Source: Syncephalis fuscata S228 (lineage: Eukaryota; Fungi; Zoopagomycota). From it: a stretch of DNA of 64,000 bases. The first letter of the stretch is position 1, and each line of letters begins with the position of its first letter. A program made the position numbers and the translations under genes. Location: the NCBI GenBank assembly GCA_025786725.1, contig JAHLTZ010000065.1:1-64000 (forward strand), given 5' to 3'. Under the pieces are notes generated by a model. That model did no database searches and had not been told where the DNA came from. It saw only the letters and a list, made by a program, of their open reading frames with translations. Of the stretch, positions 1 through 12,366 are shown piece by piece.

Positions 1-1707
1 TAGCACCTAATTTTGAAACCACCAAATGGTTTTATGCTTATCAAAGACGTCGACAGACTAATCGCAACTTTATGATGGGCCAATTCAAAAAACGGACGTG
101 TCGGTTGCCGACTAGTGAGCACGCTCAAGCGGCGCTGAGAAGCGTCAATCCTTGGTATGCACTAAGGGGAAATAGAGATGCACCAGAATTGTGGTTAATT
201 TGGCATAATATATTTAATAAGAAAAATGGACACAACAAAAAGAACTGACCTGGAAGAAACTGACTATGCCTTCAGCACCATCGTTATTTTGTAAAGCAGT
301 TTCATTTAGTATTTTTTATGGAACACGTCGATTTGTTGTGGGTAATGTTTTTATATATACATATAGTGATGTCAAGTTAATAGATATTGGCGAACCAGTA
401 AGTAAGTAATGATTATCAATGCTAATGATTATATTAGCCATATATTAACATCAACAATAGCAAATGTAGCTGAAATGGAGGCACAGTACATTAAAGAGAA
501 TAAATCTAAAGTTTCTAATGCTTTAAACGAGCATTCTACGGGTTCATCGGCCACTACGCCTTCAACTAAACGAGAGTTTACAAAACGACGGGCTCTTTTA
601 GTGTGGCCTGTTGCTGGCAATTCACCACCTAATATCATTTATCTTAACTCCAAAATTAGGGATAAAAAAAGAATAGATATACTTAATTTGTCTACTTCTT
701 ATCATGATTGGGTACTTTTAAACACTAGCTATAGGAAAAATTCATATTACAAATATTATTTATTGATTTAGACGGAAACCAGTGGATAGAAGGTCCAGAA
801 TATGATAATTATCTCTCGCCAGCCTGTATTCAGTTTGCTTCTTACAGTCAATGTCAATTTATTATATGGACAATGATATCCAACTCTAAAAAGTCTACTA
901 CTGATTCTACGACCACCGATACTCCAAATCTACACGCTGTTGACAATGGCAATCAAGCAACACACATCCAATGGGAAGTATTTGATGCGCAAAAGGGTCA
1001 ATCTCAATGTCAAAAAATACTATCTGATCAAATCACCATTCCATATTGTCCGGACGGCGTAATTGAAGCTTTAACTTATACAGAGAAGATGTGTTTAATC
1101 ATTATATTTGACAAAGAAAATCATTTAAAACGTTTTGTAGGTGGTAAATTCAGTGCCACATTGTCACTATTTGTGTTAGGAAAGTTTTCACTGAATGCTT
1201 CAGCACAATCAATATTTGATGCCAGAGATTACGGTCGAGTATTGCCAATTGATAGTGCTGACCAAGGACGTATACTGTGGAGCAGGCTTATAAATGACGA
1301 TCGTATTACAAACTTATACAGTGAAAAGCTGATCGTTGTTCGGAATGAAGAAACATTTGATGTTTTGAATGCTCACGACGGAAGTCTACTGCGTTCAATT
1401 GCTTGTCCATATTACTCAACACTTACTCCCTTTCTTGGATCATTATGTGGATTGTTGATTCAGCACGCAGAAAAAACTGGTTTATTGATATGCGCACTGG
1501 CCGTATATACGACCCCCAACACGCCTTATTAGCAGACAAACTGAAGACGCCAAAAAATACAAGCCACTAAGACTCAGTGATACAGCACATTTATTACTAT
1601 CAAATGAAGGTAGTGTTTGGAAAGCATCTGAATATACAGTATCAAATGTTGCTATTGGTAGAGTTGATGAAAATGATAGGCGTGTATACAAAGCTTACAT
1701 GTTCTAA
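1..1707 (+). CDS. 3' part of a multi-exon hypothetical protein, probably F-box + beta-propeller-like (5' end outside window)
   Basis: First exon reads PNFETTKWFYAYQRRRQTNRNFMMGQFKKRTCRLP, resembling the W..Y..R....N(W/F)..G linker that follows F-box domains. ORFs 409-771 and 873-1532 are joined by GT-AG introns. An apparent frameshift near 1514 precedes ...RVYKAYMF* (TAA 1705-1707). Confidence 0.5.
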
Positions 1708-2532
1708 ATAATAATTTTTATTTGAGAATATTTAATGTTTGGCTGTGTAATATATATATATATATTATTTATTGTAGAATAATCATGGTGTATTTATATA
1801 GCTATTGACCACAAGTACTAATATAATATCGCTGATCTATTTAATTGCCTCATTACTGTGTCGTTAGTGTTATATTAAAATATATTGGATTATTTCACAC
1901 TATTATCATATATTTATGCCTTTATTAACAATTTACTAGCAACTTAATGTGATTTGGGTATCGAATGGCTAAATTTACAATATTGGCGTAATTGAACTAC
2001 ACTTTCTTTCTATTAAATATAGAACTAGGTGGTGAGTAATATCAAAGTTTAAAAGATTCATCATCGTAGATTCATTATTCAGCTCATATACATTTTCTAT
2101 TCATTTATCATTTTTACATTGTATACTAGGCAAGTTTTATTCAAAACCATTATTTGTTTCTCATTAGCTTTACTCTGGTAAATTTTTTATTTATTTCATT
2201 CGCTGTGTTATATACTTTATAGTAGCACTAGTATTATTCATACATTGTATTTTTGTTTAAGCATACAAACATACATAAGCATACTATACTTTATCATTAA
2301 TACTCCAATACTTTACTTGTATATTTATTTAAGCATATGTAGTGCATATTTAGCTTCCAGCTACATTTCTAGTATCAATAGAGGAATGGCACTAAAGAAC
2401 ATCAAATAAAGCACTCAATATCCATATTGGATCAAATTTCTAGTAATGATTCTATTAAAACAGCATAAATAATGAAACCTTGACAACGATTTTCTAATCT
2501 TATTTCTGCTCTTTTGACTGCTTGCATTTATA

Positions 2533-4499
2533 ATGTTGCCAGTTCGAGCGTGTCTTCGGCAGGTTTACGAATATATACACCTACCAAGATAGGTTTGAAT
2601 TACAAGAATGCTTACGTTATACGCAATTCTGGCAAGCTATCGGTGCATTTGCCAGTTTGTTTGTCAGCTCGTTCCAGTAAGTAAATGTCATCTATACTAA
2701 AAGTACAATGTATTGATTGCGTTTGGCGCAGCCACCATACGTTGCATAGGGTCAGGACCAGGACCATTTCAGCGACCGCCACTTACTGAATACAAACGAT
2801 TTAACAATGGTACGCACTGAATAGTCATAGTGTTGTTTCTGGTAGCTGATATACTCCATTGCATCAAGGTCAGCAAAAATCAACCTCACGGTTTGGACGA
2901 CATGCCCCTATGATAATAGCTGGCGGTATCATAGGTATTGGAGGCTATTATGTTACTCATTTAGAGACTGTACCAATGACGGGTAAGCTTAATCAAGAAG
3001 AATTTCTCGTATTTGTAATAGCGATATGTCTGAATAGGCCGTCGTCGATTCATGTCTATTACGCCCGAAGGTGAAAAGCAACTAGCCAAAATGTCATATA
3101 ATGGCGTGATGCAAGAAGTAAGCTGGTATACAGATATTAGCATGTAATTGTAATAATGTACTTGTATAGTTTGGAAGACATATTCTACCCTCGTCACATC
3201 CAGTAAATATTGATTAGTTTATTAATACGTGTAGATGGTGCTTATATAAATTGTGTAGGTTACTATATTTGTACGACGTGTTGCTGAGCGGATTATTCAA
3301 GGTATAGTGCTAGTACATGTATTAGCAATTGGTAGACTTATTTGTATCATAGCTAGTGGTATGACGGAATTGAACTGGGAAGTGTTTGTAATTGATTCAC
3401 CTATTCCAAATGCTTTTGTTCTACCCGGAGGCAAAGTATTTGTATTTACGGTAAGTCTTGGATAGTATAAATAATAATGATGCTAATTTACATTAGGGCA
3501 TTCTACCTATGACACAAGATGAACAAGGCATGGCTGCCGTACTTGGTCATGAAGTAAGTTGAACTGGGAATGTCAATGGCATCTTTGTTAAACACCATGC
3601 TTAGATCGCTCACCAAGTGGCAAGGCAAGTAAAGCGAGCAATGAATGATAAAATAACTTGTACTAATTGCTTGTATGCCAATGGTTATTAGACATACAGC
3701 AGAAAAAGTTTCATTTACAAAACTTATCATCATGGTAAGTGAAGCAATCTACGATAGATAAGCAATAGGCTAACTAGCAGAATAATAGTTTCAATTGTTT
3801 TTGAGTCTTTTCATCGACTCTAGTGCCGTATTTAATCAATTTTTCCAGCAAGTTGGTAAGTCAATAGTGCACACAAATGGTCGTATAAAGTATTAACAAA
3901 CTGATTAGGCATCATGTTACCGTTTAGTCGTAAATGTGAACGAGAGGCTGATCAGGTAAGTAGCAATGAGTGGCCAAAAATTGATATTTATTAAAGTATA
4001 TTATTACAAATTTAGATTGGGTAATAACAAGCAATCTATAAAACGATTTACAGCTAACTAATCTTATAGTCTTCAATTAATGGCCCAGGCCTGCTACGAC
4101 CCAACAGCAGGTAAGCATACTATTGACTAGATTGGACAATATGTTAATGATGTTTACTACACAAATTAGCTATTACGATGTGGCATGTAAGTTTGTTATT
4201 TGATTCAACTATTTTGTAATATATATATATAATAATCATTAAATTGTATATAGCGTATGAACCAGCAACAGAAGCGACAGCCAGTTCAGTATCTTAGCAC
4301 ACATCCGAGCCATGAATCTCGCATTGCTTATTTAGAGAAATGGTTGCCAAAAGCACAGGCTACTCTTTCTCGGTCTGACTGTCACGCAGGTAATTATAAT
4401 TTATGGTAGGCTAAGGTATAAAAATCTAATACTTTGTATAATTTAATAGAATTAAGTGATCTGGCCGATAGATTCCATAATGTATGGGCCCGTTGGTAG
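2533..4499 (+). CDS. OMA1: Mitochondrial metalloendopeptidase OMA1 (peptidase M48), many short exons
   Basis: Spliced motifs [47 protein letters not shown]|IAHQVARH (HExxH), [36 protein letters not shown]. Includes a 5-nt exon (4016-4020) and a GC-AG intron (3625-3691). Confidence 0.93.
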
Positions 4500-4589
4500 T
4501 GTTTATTCTAGATTAAAACGGCCTTAAGGCTATTTAACATTAAAATTTCAATAAAGCTATAATTATTGGATGTACAATACTGATGTTAT

Positions 4590-7500
4590 TTATTAATACT
4601 TTTTACTTTTTTGCTTGTGTAACTTTGTCAATTTGGTTGACACTTCTATTTCATCATCATCATCAGTAGTTGACAGATCAGCATTTGCTTTCTTGGCTGT
4701 AGTTTTGCCAACCTTTAATTGCTTTTTTGAACTTTTGTTTAAGTGAGTGTCTGGCATCAATTTGGCCACTGCTTTACGTACACGACTACTTTTTGAGTGT
4801 TACGTAATCGCTCTTGATCAATTTTAAAGTATTGGCTAAGTTGTGTCTGTGATTCTTTCTATAAATAATGCAATTTTAATTCGCTCTACTATTTTTAGTA
4901 TCCCATTCCATTTACCTTGAATTCATTTAGACGGCGAATAATTGGCAGTAAGCGTTCATCAACCTTTTCCTGTTCCCATCCAATTTTCTTCATCAAATAC
5001 CTGCCAATCATTCGTTATTAATCCTATTTAATCAGCCTAAATCAATCAATATTTACCATCGAATGCCATCAAGATCTGGCAACTCCCATTGAAACAATCT
5101 GATGTATCATCCACTGTGGGATGTAGATACGCATCAGCTACACGCGGATCAGGAAAGTCTGCATCTAATATTATTTTATGACATATTTTACGCTAGTTTG
5201 TCCATAGCATGATCAGTACACCTTCTGTTGTTTATTCTTTCATAACTACTTACTAATCGACGTCGTGTAGCATTCTCTGTCTCTACTTCCGACGAAGAGT
5301 GCTTTCCTTCATCTGCATCGGTAATCCATTCTCGGAATGCTGCCAAACCTTGTGGTCCTTGCCATTCACTGATCACTTCCATGGCCGTCACTCGACCAAT
5401 ACCGGCCACACCACTAGTGTAATCACTGCCCAGTAGATAGGCTAGTTGGATAAGACGATCCCGTGTCAAAAACAGTTCCCGTTCCATATCTGCGGCCAAA
5501 TAGCACTCCACATGCCGATGTGGCTGAAATACATATCTATAAACGGGTGTACCATCAAATAGAAATATATCACTATCATCGGTAATTACACCATCGACCA
5601 AGCTTAGGTGAACCAGAGTTGCACACTGTGCCTCAGCTTCAGTGGGTGCCACTATATAAGGGATGCCGAATAACTGTAGCAGCTCCTGATCATTTAATAA
5701 TAATAACAATTAGTTTACAATATATGCAATATGTAAATGATTTAATGTGCAACTACTTACCATGGTTTCCTGAATCATTGAATTTGATACTTGATTCAAT
5801 TCACGATGTCTTTACGGCGTTGTTCATATAACTGCATTACTTCTCTTGCTAAATCTTGTTGTACCGTTTTTGCGTCTTGTTCTTGAGCTGTTTGACAAAT
5901 TGTGCTTGCTTTTCTGTGCTTGAGCCTCTTCATGTGTATCATTTGTTGGCTGTGGTGATATTGCACGAATAAATGGATTACTTTCAGGCAAATTTACAAT
6001 GATTTATCCGTTGAAACTATAGAATAGGATGGTCGATTTTTGGCATTGGACTTTTGCTCATTGGCATATTGTCTTGCTGTTCTTCCAAGTCTGTTATTGA
6101 CACATCCATAATATCGTCTTCCTTTAAAGAGGACTGTTTATACATTGCTGTTGAACCGGAAACTTCATTAGCCGGTGTTATCAGCTCGGTTGGTTTATCC
6201 AATTGACCAACAAGTGGCCTTGCTGATAGAAATGATGCAGATAAATCCAAGGATGACAAGTCATGAGTTGCATTTAATATTGGTTGTTTATGGTGTATCA
6301 CTGTATCGGTACTATTGGTATATACTTGGCTGGTTTGTTGAGACTTGACCTTGATTAAATCGGCAAGGAATCGTGCGTAGAATTGCCGAGCATCTTCCGA
6401 ATCTGCTGTCAAATCTATTTCAGATTGATTTTCGACACGTTGCTTTTCTGTTGCCAACTTCTCCTTTAACACGCTACACTTGTCATTTCATCGGCATCAC
6501 TTTGAAGACAACTAAAGTAGTCGGGAAAAGACGCGATACATTTCCATCAACTCGTGCCAGCCAATAACGTAATACTTGAGCTGGTGATTGACGCTCGTTA
6601 CTTGATTCATCATTATTTTTTAATAAATCAGTTTCATTCGTAATAATCTAGAAATTACCGTTAGTCATAGTAATGCCAATTAAAAATATCTTTATATTAC
6701 CGGCACTTCTTCAAAACCCTCATCGTCTTCATCGTCACTTGCATTCATATCTGTTTTCACATTGGATCTATTTTGCTCAGACGGCTCTATAGCCACTGGT
6801 TCTCTTGCTTAATCTCTATCTTTTGTTCATCATCCGATGATACATAGTCCATTTCATCGTCTTGTATATAGTCTTCAAACAGATCAATTGGCTCATCGAC
6901 ATCAATCTCTTCTTTAACCGAATTTGCTAATAATCTATCTACCATCTCATCCTCTACTTCTTTAATCTTATCATCCAACGACGATGATGCTGTTGCATTG
7001 GAAGTATCGTCAGTATTTGGTTCTGTTGCTACTGGAGCCGATCCTTGTAACTGCATTGACCAGCCGCTCCGTCCATCTTCGTTCTTCACTAACACATAGG
7101 ACCGGTTGCGATTTGATGCAATATTTGCTGATATTGACACAGCACCCATATTCTGTCCCACTAGATCCATATATTTCTGTGTTAAATCATTACGACGCAT
7201 TAACAATTTGATCTGCTGTTGAGAGAAATCAAATGCATTGTAAATAGTCACGAGTTAAGAAATAATCTATAATTATATACATACAATACTCTGACAGCTA
7301 TACATGTATAAAAGGATATGGTTGCATTGGCCGTCATTTTACGTAGACGTTGCCATGATGTTTGTCGACTATGTATTTTGGCATCTTGTAACAATTCATA
7401 TCGTATTTCCAATGGCAATGATTTGAATGCCTCTGAGTCGAAATCCAACGCTTCTGTCTATCAATATAGATCATTATTGTTAATGTTATATGTTGAATCG

Positions 7501-8372
7501 ATGTACATACATCAAATCGATCTATAAAATCGCGCATCTCTTCAGCATCATCGATTGCTCCATCTTCATTGGTATTAACAAATCGTGGATCATTTTGTTT
7601 AATCATTGAACTAGATTATTGTTAATTATGCTGTCTAATAATTTATTCTCAAATATATTTATAACATACCCAACCAATAAATCGATTGGTGGTAAGTCGT
7701 ATTCGTCTCGTTTACGTTTACGTGCCGTATCTATTTGTGGCGCACTGTTTTCAGGCTTGTCACTATTACCAGTCATATTAATATGAATGGTGACGTTATA
7801 GCAATAGCAATACAATAACATCTATCTAGACTTACGATTGAACTGCTTGCAAAGCACGCATTTTCATTTGTGCTGTAAGTAGTTGCTTCGCCGTGCGTTG
7901 AAGATTTTCTTCGGCATCTAGTTGACGTCGTTTACGGTGAGCCTATTTCATAACACAACAAGCATTCAAGTGACAGTTATTATTTGAGCGTAATAGCTAC
8001 TTTGTCTATTGCTATCTCGCTTACTATAGTACGCCGTTTGAGCTCTGGAGTAGCACCGTCGAATACAAATACCGGCTTTATGTTATGGTGCAGTAGCTTA
8101 CAAATACGCCTAAAGAAGCCAAGTAAGTGCGCATTCTCCAATGGCTTGCCCTCTTCATCCTGCATTGCTTTTAAAATTGGTGCAGCCAAATGCTTGCATG
8201 TAATTATTAAGCCACAAGCTGTAGTTAAAGAATATCGTCGTACTATTTTACTATTGTTGTTACTGTTGTTTATCAAAAGGATATCTATTGCAAGTCGTTT
8301 TCCTTGCAATGATTCCATAGTAACCTTGCGGCCAGCAGGTTCCAACAGTTGCCAAAGATCTTTGACTCCCAT
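4590..8372 (-). CDS. RAD2: XPG/RAD2 (Rad13) DNA-repair endonuclease
   Basis: N-domain [30 protein letters not shown]|ASIW..., [23 protein letters not shown]-domain [48 protein letters not shown]. The 3' end is approximate because of homopolymer frameshifts. Confidence 0.95.
7240..7319 (-). other. Second U12-type AT-AC intron of RAD2
   Basis: 5' ATATCCTTTT, branch TTTCTTAAC about 15 nt upstream of 3' TTTAC. Removal gives in-frame MTANAT|[13 protein letters not shown]. Confidence 0.88.
8200..8284 (-). other. U12-type AT-AC intron 1 of RAD2
   Basis: 5' ATATCCTTTT, branch-like TTCTTTAAC, 3' ATTAC. Removal joins G|AT to give the conserved AID-ASIW motif. Confidence 0.88.
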
Positions 8373-8857
8373 AATTACCACACTTGTAGGTGAAGAAAGA
8401 AGTAAAAGTTGATAAATTGAATATATACAATAACTATAGGAATGTTGATAAAAGGAACTATTTGACACTGATATGAGTCACAATTGGACTCTCATTCTTT
8501 TCAATTGATCTTTTGCTATATTCGCTATTTTACTGAAAATATGCTTTATGATAATAAGTAGCTTGGTGTTAAATAGGCTGCTATTTACTTTATCCCCCCC
8601 GCAATCGATTGTAATAAGTTGATTAGCTTAAATTGTGCTTAAATGATCATTTACAATAAATATTAATGTTGGATGTAATATTATACATGCTATAGTAATA
8701 AATAAGTATTTAATTGTATTTAAAAAATGTTAAAAAATGCGGGAGTCAATGTAGAATAACTCTTAATTTATAAATATTATACTATTTTCTAGCACAATTG
8801 AACAACAATAAATAATCATTGATATTTACTTGTGTTTTTATATCAAATGCTGAGCTA

Positions 8858-9625
8858 CTGTACTTTGACTTCCACATTTTGAGTCCTCAAATCAAAATTA
8901 GTTCCAATTAAAGTCAATTGTAAGAAAATGGTTATTCTATGGCTACTGTTACTGCTGTTATGCATAACAAAACACAAGTACAGTGTCTTCATTTACCTAC
9001 TTTGAAATTCATGAGGCCGATCATTGCTGCTGGCCATGCGTAGAAACATCGATCGAATATTAATAAAAGCCATTGATCGCGATTCCATATCGTCCCGCAG
9101 TTGTTGTTGTTGTTGTTACTAGGTACAGTGTGGTTTCTTGCATCTGAATAGTCTCTTCTATCGCCAATCTTGTACTGTTGCATTTTGGGCATATTTGCGA
9201 TGTAAAATACTTATTTATGATGACAAGAAGGTAGAACAACTAGTACTTCTGATGTTGACCATTGTCTTGAGCATTCTTGGTATCGACTTGGTAGGTGCAG
9301 TTTATTTGCCAACCATTAATGAAGCAAATGGCCTTTACCATATGCAATAATGATATACTGAGTGTCTTCGCCAGGAAGATCTTGTGGCGACAGTTGTAAC
9401 CAGAATATACGGCATGCCGTTGAGGTTACTTGAACAGGTGCTAATGTAAAATAAGAGAAATAAAGACTAGGGATTGAATATGTTCTTTATTGATGTTCAA
9501 ATACACATGCTATTTATATTGTTATGTTCGGCATTAGCATATAATGTATTACTGAATAGAGCAATAGGATAGTAATAAGAAAGATAATGAAATAAGTAAA
9601 TAAAAATGTGGGAATTAAAGTATAG
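8858..9625. mobile_element. Non-autonomous TIR element (MITE-like, TA-flanked), copy 1
   Basis: Left end TA|CTGTACTTTGACTTCCACATTTT and right end AAAATGTGGGAATTAAAGTATAG|TA form imperfect inverted repeats. Homologous copies at 20613-21380 (inverted) and 22981-23713. Confidence 0.72.
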
Positions 9626-10188
9626 TAGAAACATTAAAGCCATTTAATATTAAAAGTCGTTGTTATAAAACATACTGCCAATAAATTACTAAGTGTAATA
9701 GGAAATACAATCAAAGTCAATGTTTCTTAAATACAAGTTTAGTCATAGAAAGTGTCATTATTTTAATAATAAAATGCAATTATATTCTAGAAGATGGAAT
9801 AATAGACCAATATTTTATATGAATAAATAAATGGTGCGATGTTAATGCCAGCAGAAACATGCACAGTATATTTAGTACAATAGCCAGTGGTGAACCAAGG
9901 CTTTCTGATTTTTTACCACCTATTATTATAAGAAATTAAACTGACGCTGTTGCATCAACATCATAATCAAATGCAACACTTTATTGCAGATAGCATGAAC
10001 TACTATTTAATATTTATTAACACATATCGGACATTGAAAATAGTGCTGATTAATTAACACTGATTAATGCAATTGAAGTTGATATGGCACTGCTTTATAC
10101 ATAGCACTTCTTAGTAATAAAAACTGATCGACGGTTTATTATTTGAATTACGGATCTTTTGTCCCCAGTTTGAGGATGGGGATGCAAA
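8858..10188. repeat. ~1.3-kb near-identical direct duplication with 22981-24277
   Basis: Identity runs through the MITE and about 560 bp beyond it, ending at ...TCCCCAGTTTGAGGATGGGGA(T/C)GCAAAG. Confidence 0.9.
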
Positions 10189-10251
10189 GGAAAGTAGCTT
10201 ACAAATAATAAAACAGTTTATTAGCTGTTATGAACAAGTAGCTTGAGCATC

Positions 10252-11552
10252 TCAATAGCCAGCATAGTCGTCGGAAGTATTTACTTGATGATCTATAAAG
10301 AATTTACCCGAATGTTCTAGTACCGATTTATCGTCAGTAAGAGCTAGATAGACTGGCGTATCCGATCCTTCCTCTATTCATACAATTAGTTCTGGATCCT
10401 ATAATTGGTGATAACAACAATAGACTTGCCTGCACTATATGTGGCAGCCATACCCGCCATATCAGTGCGGCACCAGCCGGGGCAACATGAGAAGTAGCTA
10501 ACGTCTTTACGTGCATTATGGGCCAGAGAGCTTACATAAGCCAACACTCCCATTTTAGAAACAGCATAGGCTAATGTAGCAAATAGAAATTAGCTTTTGA
10601 AACTGAAAATCGGTTTCAGCTTACTTTGACGTGGCCATCCTTTTTCTTCAAATGTGCCATCGGTAACCGAAGCCTAATGTTTTACAATTCAATTATGTGT
10701 AAATACATCACATATAGACTGATGGTAGCTACTTACAATAAACTCGTTCATTAAAGCAGTAACAGATGCTTCTGTCTTTTTAGGATCGGTAAATCGTTGA
10801 CGCAATTGGTCCGATGATAAGTAGGATAGGCGCGCAGACTGACTTCCCAACGTAACTACACGTCCATTATGCTTAATGATCGGTAGTAAAGTGTTGGTGA
10901 TCTAGTAATACAACAATAATGGTAATTGATTCACCTATAATTTGAAATATTCATTCCATTTACTTACATTGACCGTGGCAAAGTAATTGGTGGTAATGGT
11001 TGTACGGGCCACTGTCTCATCGAATGTATTTCCTTTGTATGCTATTCGCAGCCATTGGCCAATTGATTAGTCATCACATTGTTTAGCGCTGCTCTACCCA
11101 CCTATGCCTGCATTGTTGATAAGAATATCCAGACCTATCTGTAGTGTGAGCCAGTCGTGTCAATTAAGCTGCCTCTATCTTAATTACCTCCATGCTCACG
11201 CTTGAGCATATTATAAAGATCTTGAATCGAAGTAGATTGCGTTACATCCAGCTGATAAAAACGCAGCTCTACCGGCACTGGTGATGACGATTCTGGTCTT
11301 TCGTATGTAAGCTCCTCTTTTAGCTGCTGAAGCGTAGTGCGGCCAAGCTGTTCATTGCGCGCTGTCAAGTACAGTACTAATGGCTGAGTCCATGCCGAGT
11401 ATTCGCCCTTTCCATATTCTCTAGCAATTCTACGCACGATCTCACGTCCAATGCCTTTGTTCTGGCCATGTGGGTGATTAGAGTGTCTGTAGGTGGTAGT
11501 GGCATTTTATACTTACAGCACCCGTCACAACGATAACTTTAGTAGTGGACAT
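10252..11552 (-). CDS. Carbonyl reductase-like short-chain dehydrogenase/reductase
   Basis: Spliced MSTTKVIVVTGA|NKGIG (TGxxxGxG), QLDVT, LDILINNAG, TNYF, YAVSK (YxxxK), CCPGWCRTDMAG...A|EEGSDTPVYLAL. The last junction needs a GC-AG intron at 10374-10429. Confidence 0.9.
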
Positions 11553-11715
11553 AGCAAATAAAGAGTGTGGTGAACAAAAAAGATGAAGTGACGTCAGCCA
11601 GTAAAGTGCATTTTAAGTGAAAGTGAAATGATTTTCTTTCAATCCCATCAATACTTATTTCATTTTGTTTGATTTTTTACTCGTGTTCCCAAGTAGCTAA
11701 AAGAACATAAACCAA

Positions 11716-12366
11716 ATGAAGGACTACCGACGTGATTTCATTGAATTTGCCATTAAGCACAATGTGCTACGGTTTGGCGAATTCACGTTGAAATCTGGAC
11801 GGGTCAGCCCATACTTCTTTAATGCTGGCATGTTCTCGACTGGTGGTGCTCTAGCCCAACTAGGCCGGTTTTACGCAGCTGCTATTTCTGATGCATCAGA
11901 ACTGAGCTACGATGTGCTCTTTGGACCAGCCTACAAAGGCATTCCGCTGGCATGTGCCACAGCAGTTGCTCTGTACGACCATCATGCACGCGATACGCCA
12001 TATACCTTTAACCGAAAGGAACGTAAAGACCATGGTGAAGGAGGCACGTTGGTTGGCGCACCACTGGTTGGCCGTGTGCTAATTATTGATGACGTGATCA
12101 CTGCCGGTACGGCTATTCGAGAGAGCCTGGCGATTATCCGTGAACAAGATGCTGTGCCAGCCGGTGTACTCATTGCCATTGATCGACAGGAGCGTGGACA
12201 ACATAGTGCACACTCGGCTATTCAAGAACTCGAGCTGGAGCAACAGCTAAAAGTGATTTCAATTGTGACGCTTTCCGATATTATCACTTATCTAGAAGAG
12301 CAAGGAGATCAGTATACGGAAGCATTGGCTGCTATGCGACAGTATCGCACTCAGTATGGAGTATAA
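11716..12366 (+). CDS. URA5: Orotate phosphoribosyltransferase
   Basis: Intronless 216-aa ORF with [42 protein letters not shown] and the PRPP-binding [13 protein letters not shown]. Confidence 0.97.
   Translation: MKDYRRDFIEFAIKHNVLRFGEFTLKSGRVSPYFFNAGMFSTGGALAQLGRFYAAAISDASELSYDVLFGPAYKGIPLACATAVALYDHHARDTPYTFNRKERKDHGEGGTLVGAPLVGRVLIIDDVITAGTAIRESLAIIREQDAVPAGVLIAIDRQERGQHSAHSAIQELELEQQLKVISIVTLSDIITYLEEQGDQYTEALAAMRQYRTQYGV

Noticed and set aside
8168-8180. Pseudogenisation or programmed frameshift in RAD2 (also WDR83 ~38510, receptor B ~40880, F-box-like ~1514)
   Set aside because: Single-base losses, mostly in homopolymer runs, across several otherwise intact genes point to sequencing or assembly indels. 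Read polishing would decide.
8989-9350. Small ORFs repeated at 23077-23438
   Set aside because: They are inside the MITE, not preserved in the diverged inverted copy, and show no transposase motif.
11982-12179. Antisense ORFs over conserved genes (also 7984-8412, 26281-26508, 44313-44546)
   Set aside because: Shadow ORFs opposite well-supported coding sequence.
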